From assembly GCA_038247995.1 (NCBI GenBank), contig JBBRUG010000135.1:1-14683 (forward strand): a stretch of 14,683 bases of DNA. Direction: 5' to 3'. A model generated the notes under the pieces. That model was not told where the DNA came from. It made no database searches and saw only the letters and a list, made by a program, of their open reading frames with translations. This document shows, one piece after another, positions 14,521-14,683 of the stretch. Both the position numbers and the translations under genes were made by a program. Position 1 is the first letter of the stretch, and every line of letters starts with the position of its first letter. Source of the stretch: Chloroflexales bacterium. Its GTDB lineage: Bacteria > Chloroflexota > Chloroflexia > Chloroflexales > Chloroflexaceae.

Positions 14521-14683
14521 GGGAGCGCGCTCCAGCACGAACGGCCGGCAGGTCATGCCCACAGGGGCAAAACATCATCAGGTAGAAGGTAACGCATGCG
14601 TGGCGCGTCAGCGCGTACAGGCAGAACAACGGGCTAGATGGCACACGGCAGCCTTACATGCGGGGAGGTCTGGAGGGCGGCAC

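Noticed and set aside
14287-14644. ORFs 14287..14562 (-), 14295..14519 (-), 14300..14644 (-), 14349..14585 (+), 14377..14592 (+)
   Set aside because: They lie in a GC-hairpin repeat cluster, are low-complexity Ala/Gly/Arg/Pro translations, and overlap one another on both strands. The region is more likely non-coding.

Overview
This is high-GC bacterial DNA. The gene content suggests a Chloroflexota-type genome (Roseiflexus/Chloroflexus/Herpetosiphon-like), because it carries paired giant secreted proteins that combine a 'CSLREA' N-terminal domain, parallel beta-helix repeats and DUF11 'conserved repeat domain' modules; this cannot be verified without a database search. The window begins inside a ~118-bp tandem repeat (positions 1-327).

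Minus strand, 402-1749: an overlapping PadR-family regulator and alpha/beta-hydrolase pair.

Divergent intergenic region, 1750-2103: a heptamer array and an octamer array lie between two sigma70-like promoters. The plus-strand promoter has its TATAAT -10 box centred in a perfect 9-bp inverted repeat. A second operator-like dyad with the same half-site follows it.

Plus strand, 2104-3489: a 461-aa protein. By direct comparison with the eukaryotic major vault protein (MVP) it has about 5 MVP repeats, the MVP shoulder domain, a cap-helix-like coiled coil and a cap-ring-like C-terminus. This 'mini-vault' gene is the most interesting object in the window. It is bracketed on both sides by the same GGTTCCGT octamer repeat family in direct orientation, and a (CAGGCGGC)n array sits downstream.

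Next come a small 81-aa gene with a strong ribosome-binding site and a clean rho-independent terminator, whose stem is built from the same CAGGCGGC motif, and then aroQ (type II 3-dehydroquinate dehydratase) on the minus strand.

The rest of the window is two tandem, paralogous giant secreted proteins on the minus strand, of 1728 and 1292 aa. A GC-rich hairpin-repeat cluster lies upstream of the second one.

I found no tRNA, rRNA, CRISPR array or obvious IS/transposase. The many Arg/Gly-rich ORFs antisense to the big genes are high-GC artefacts.
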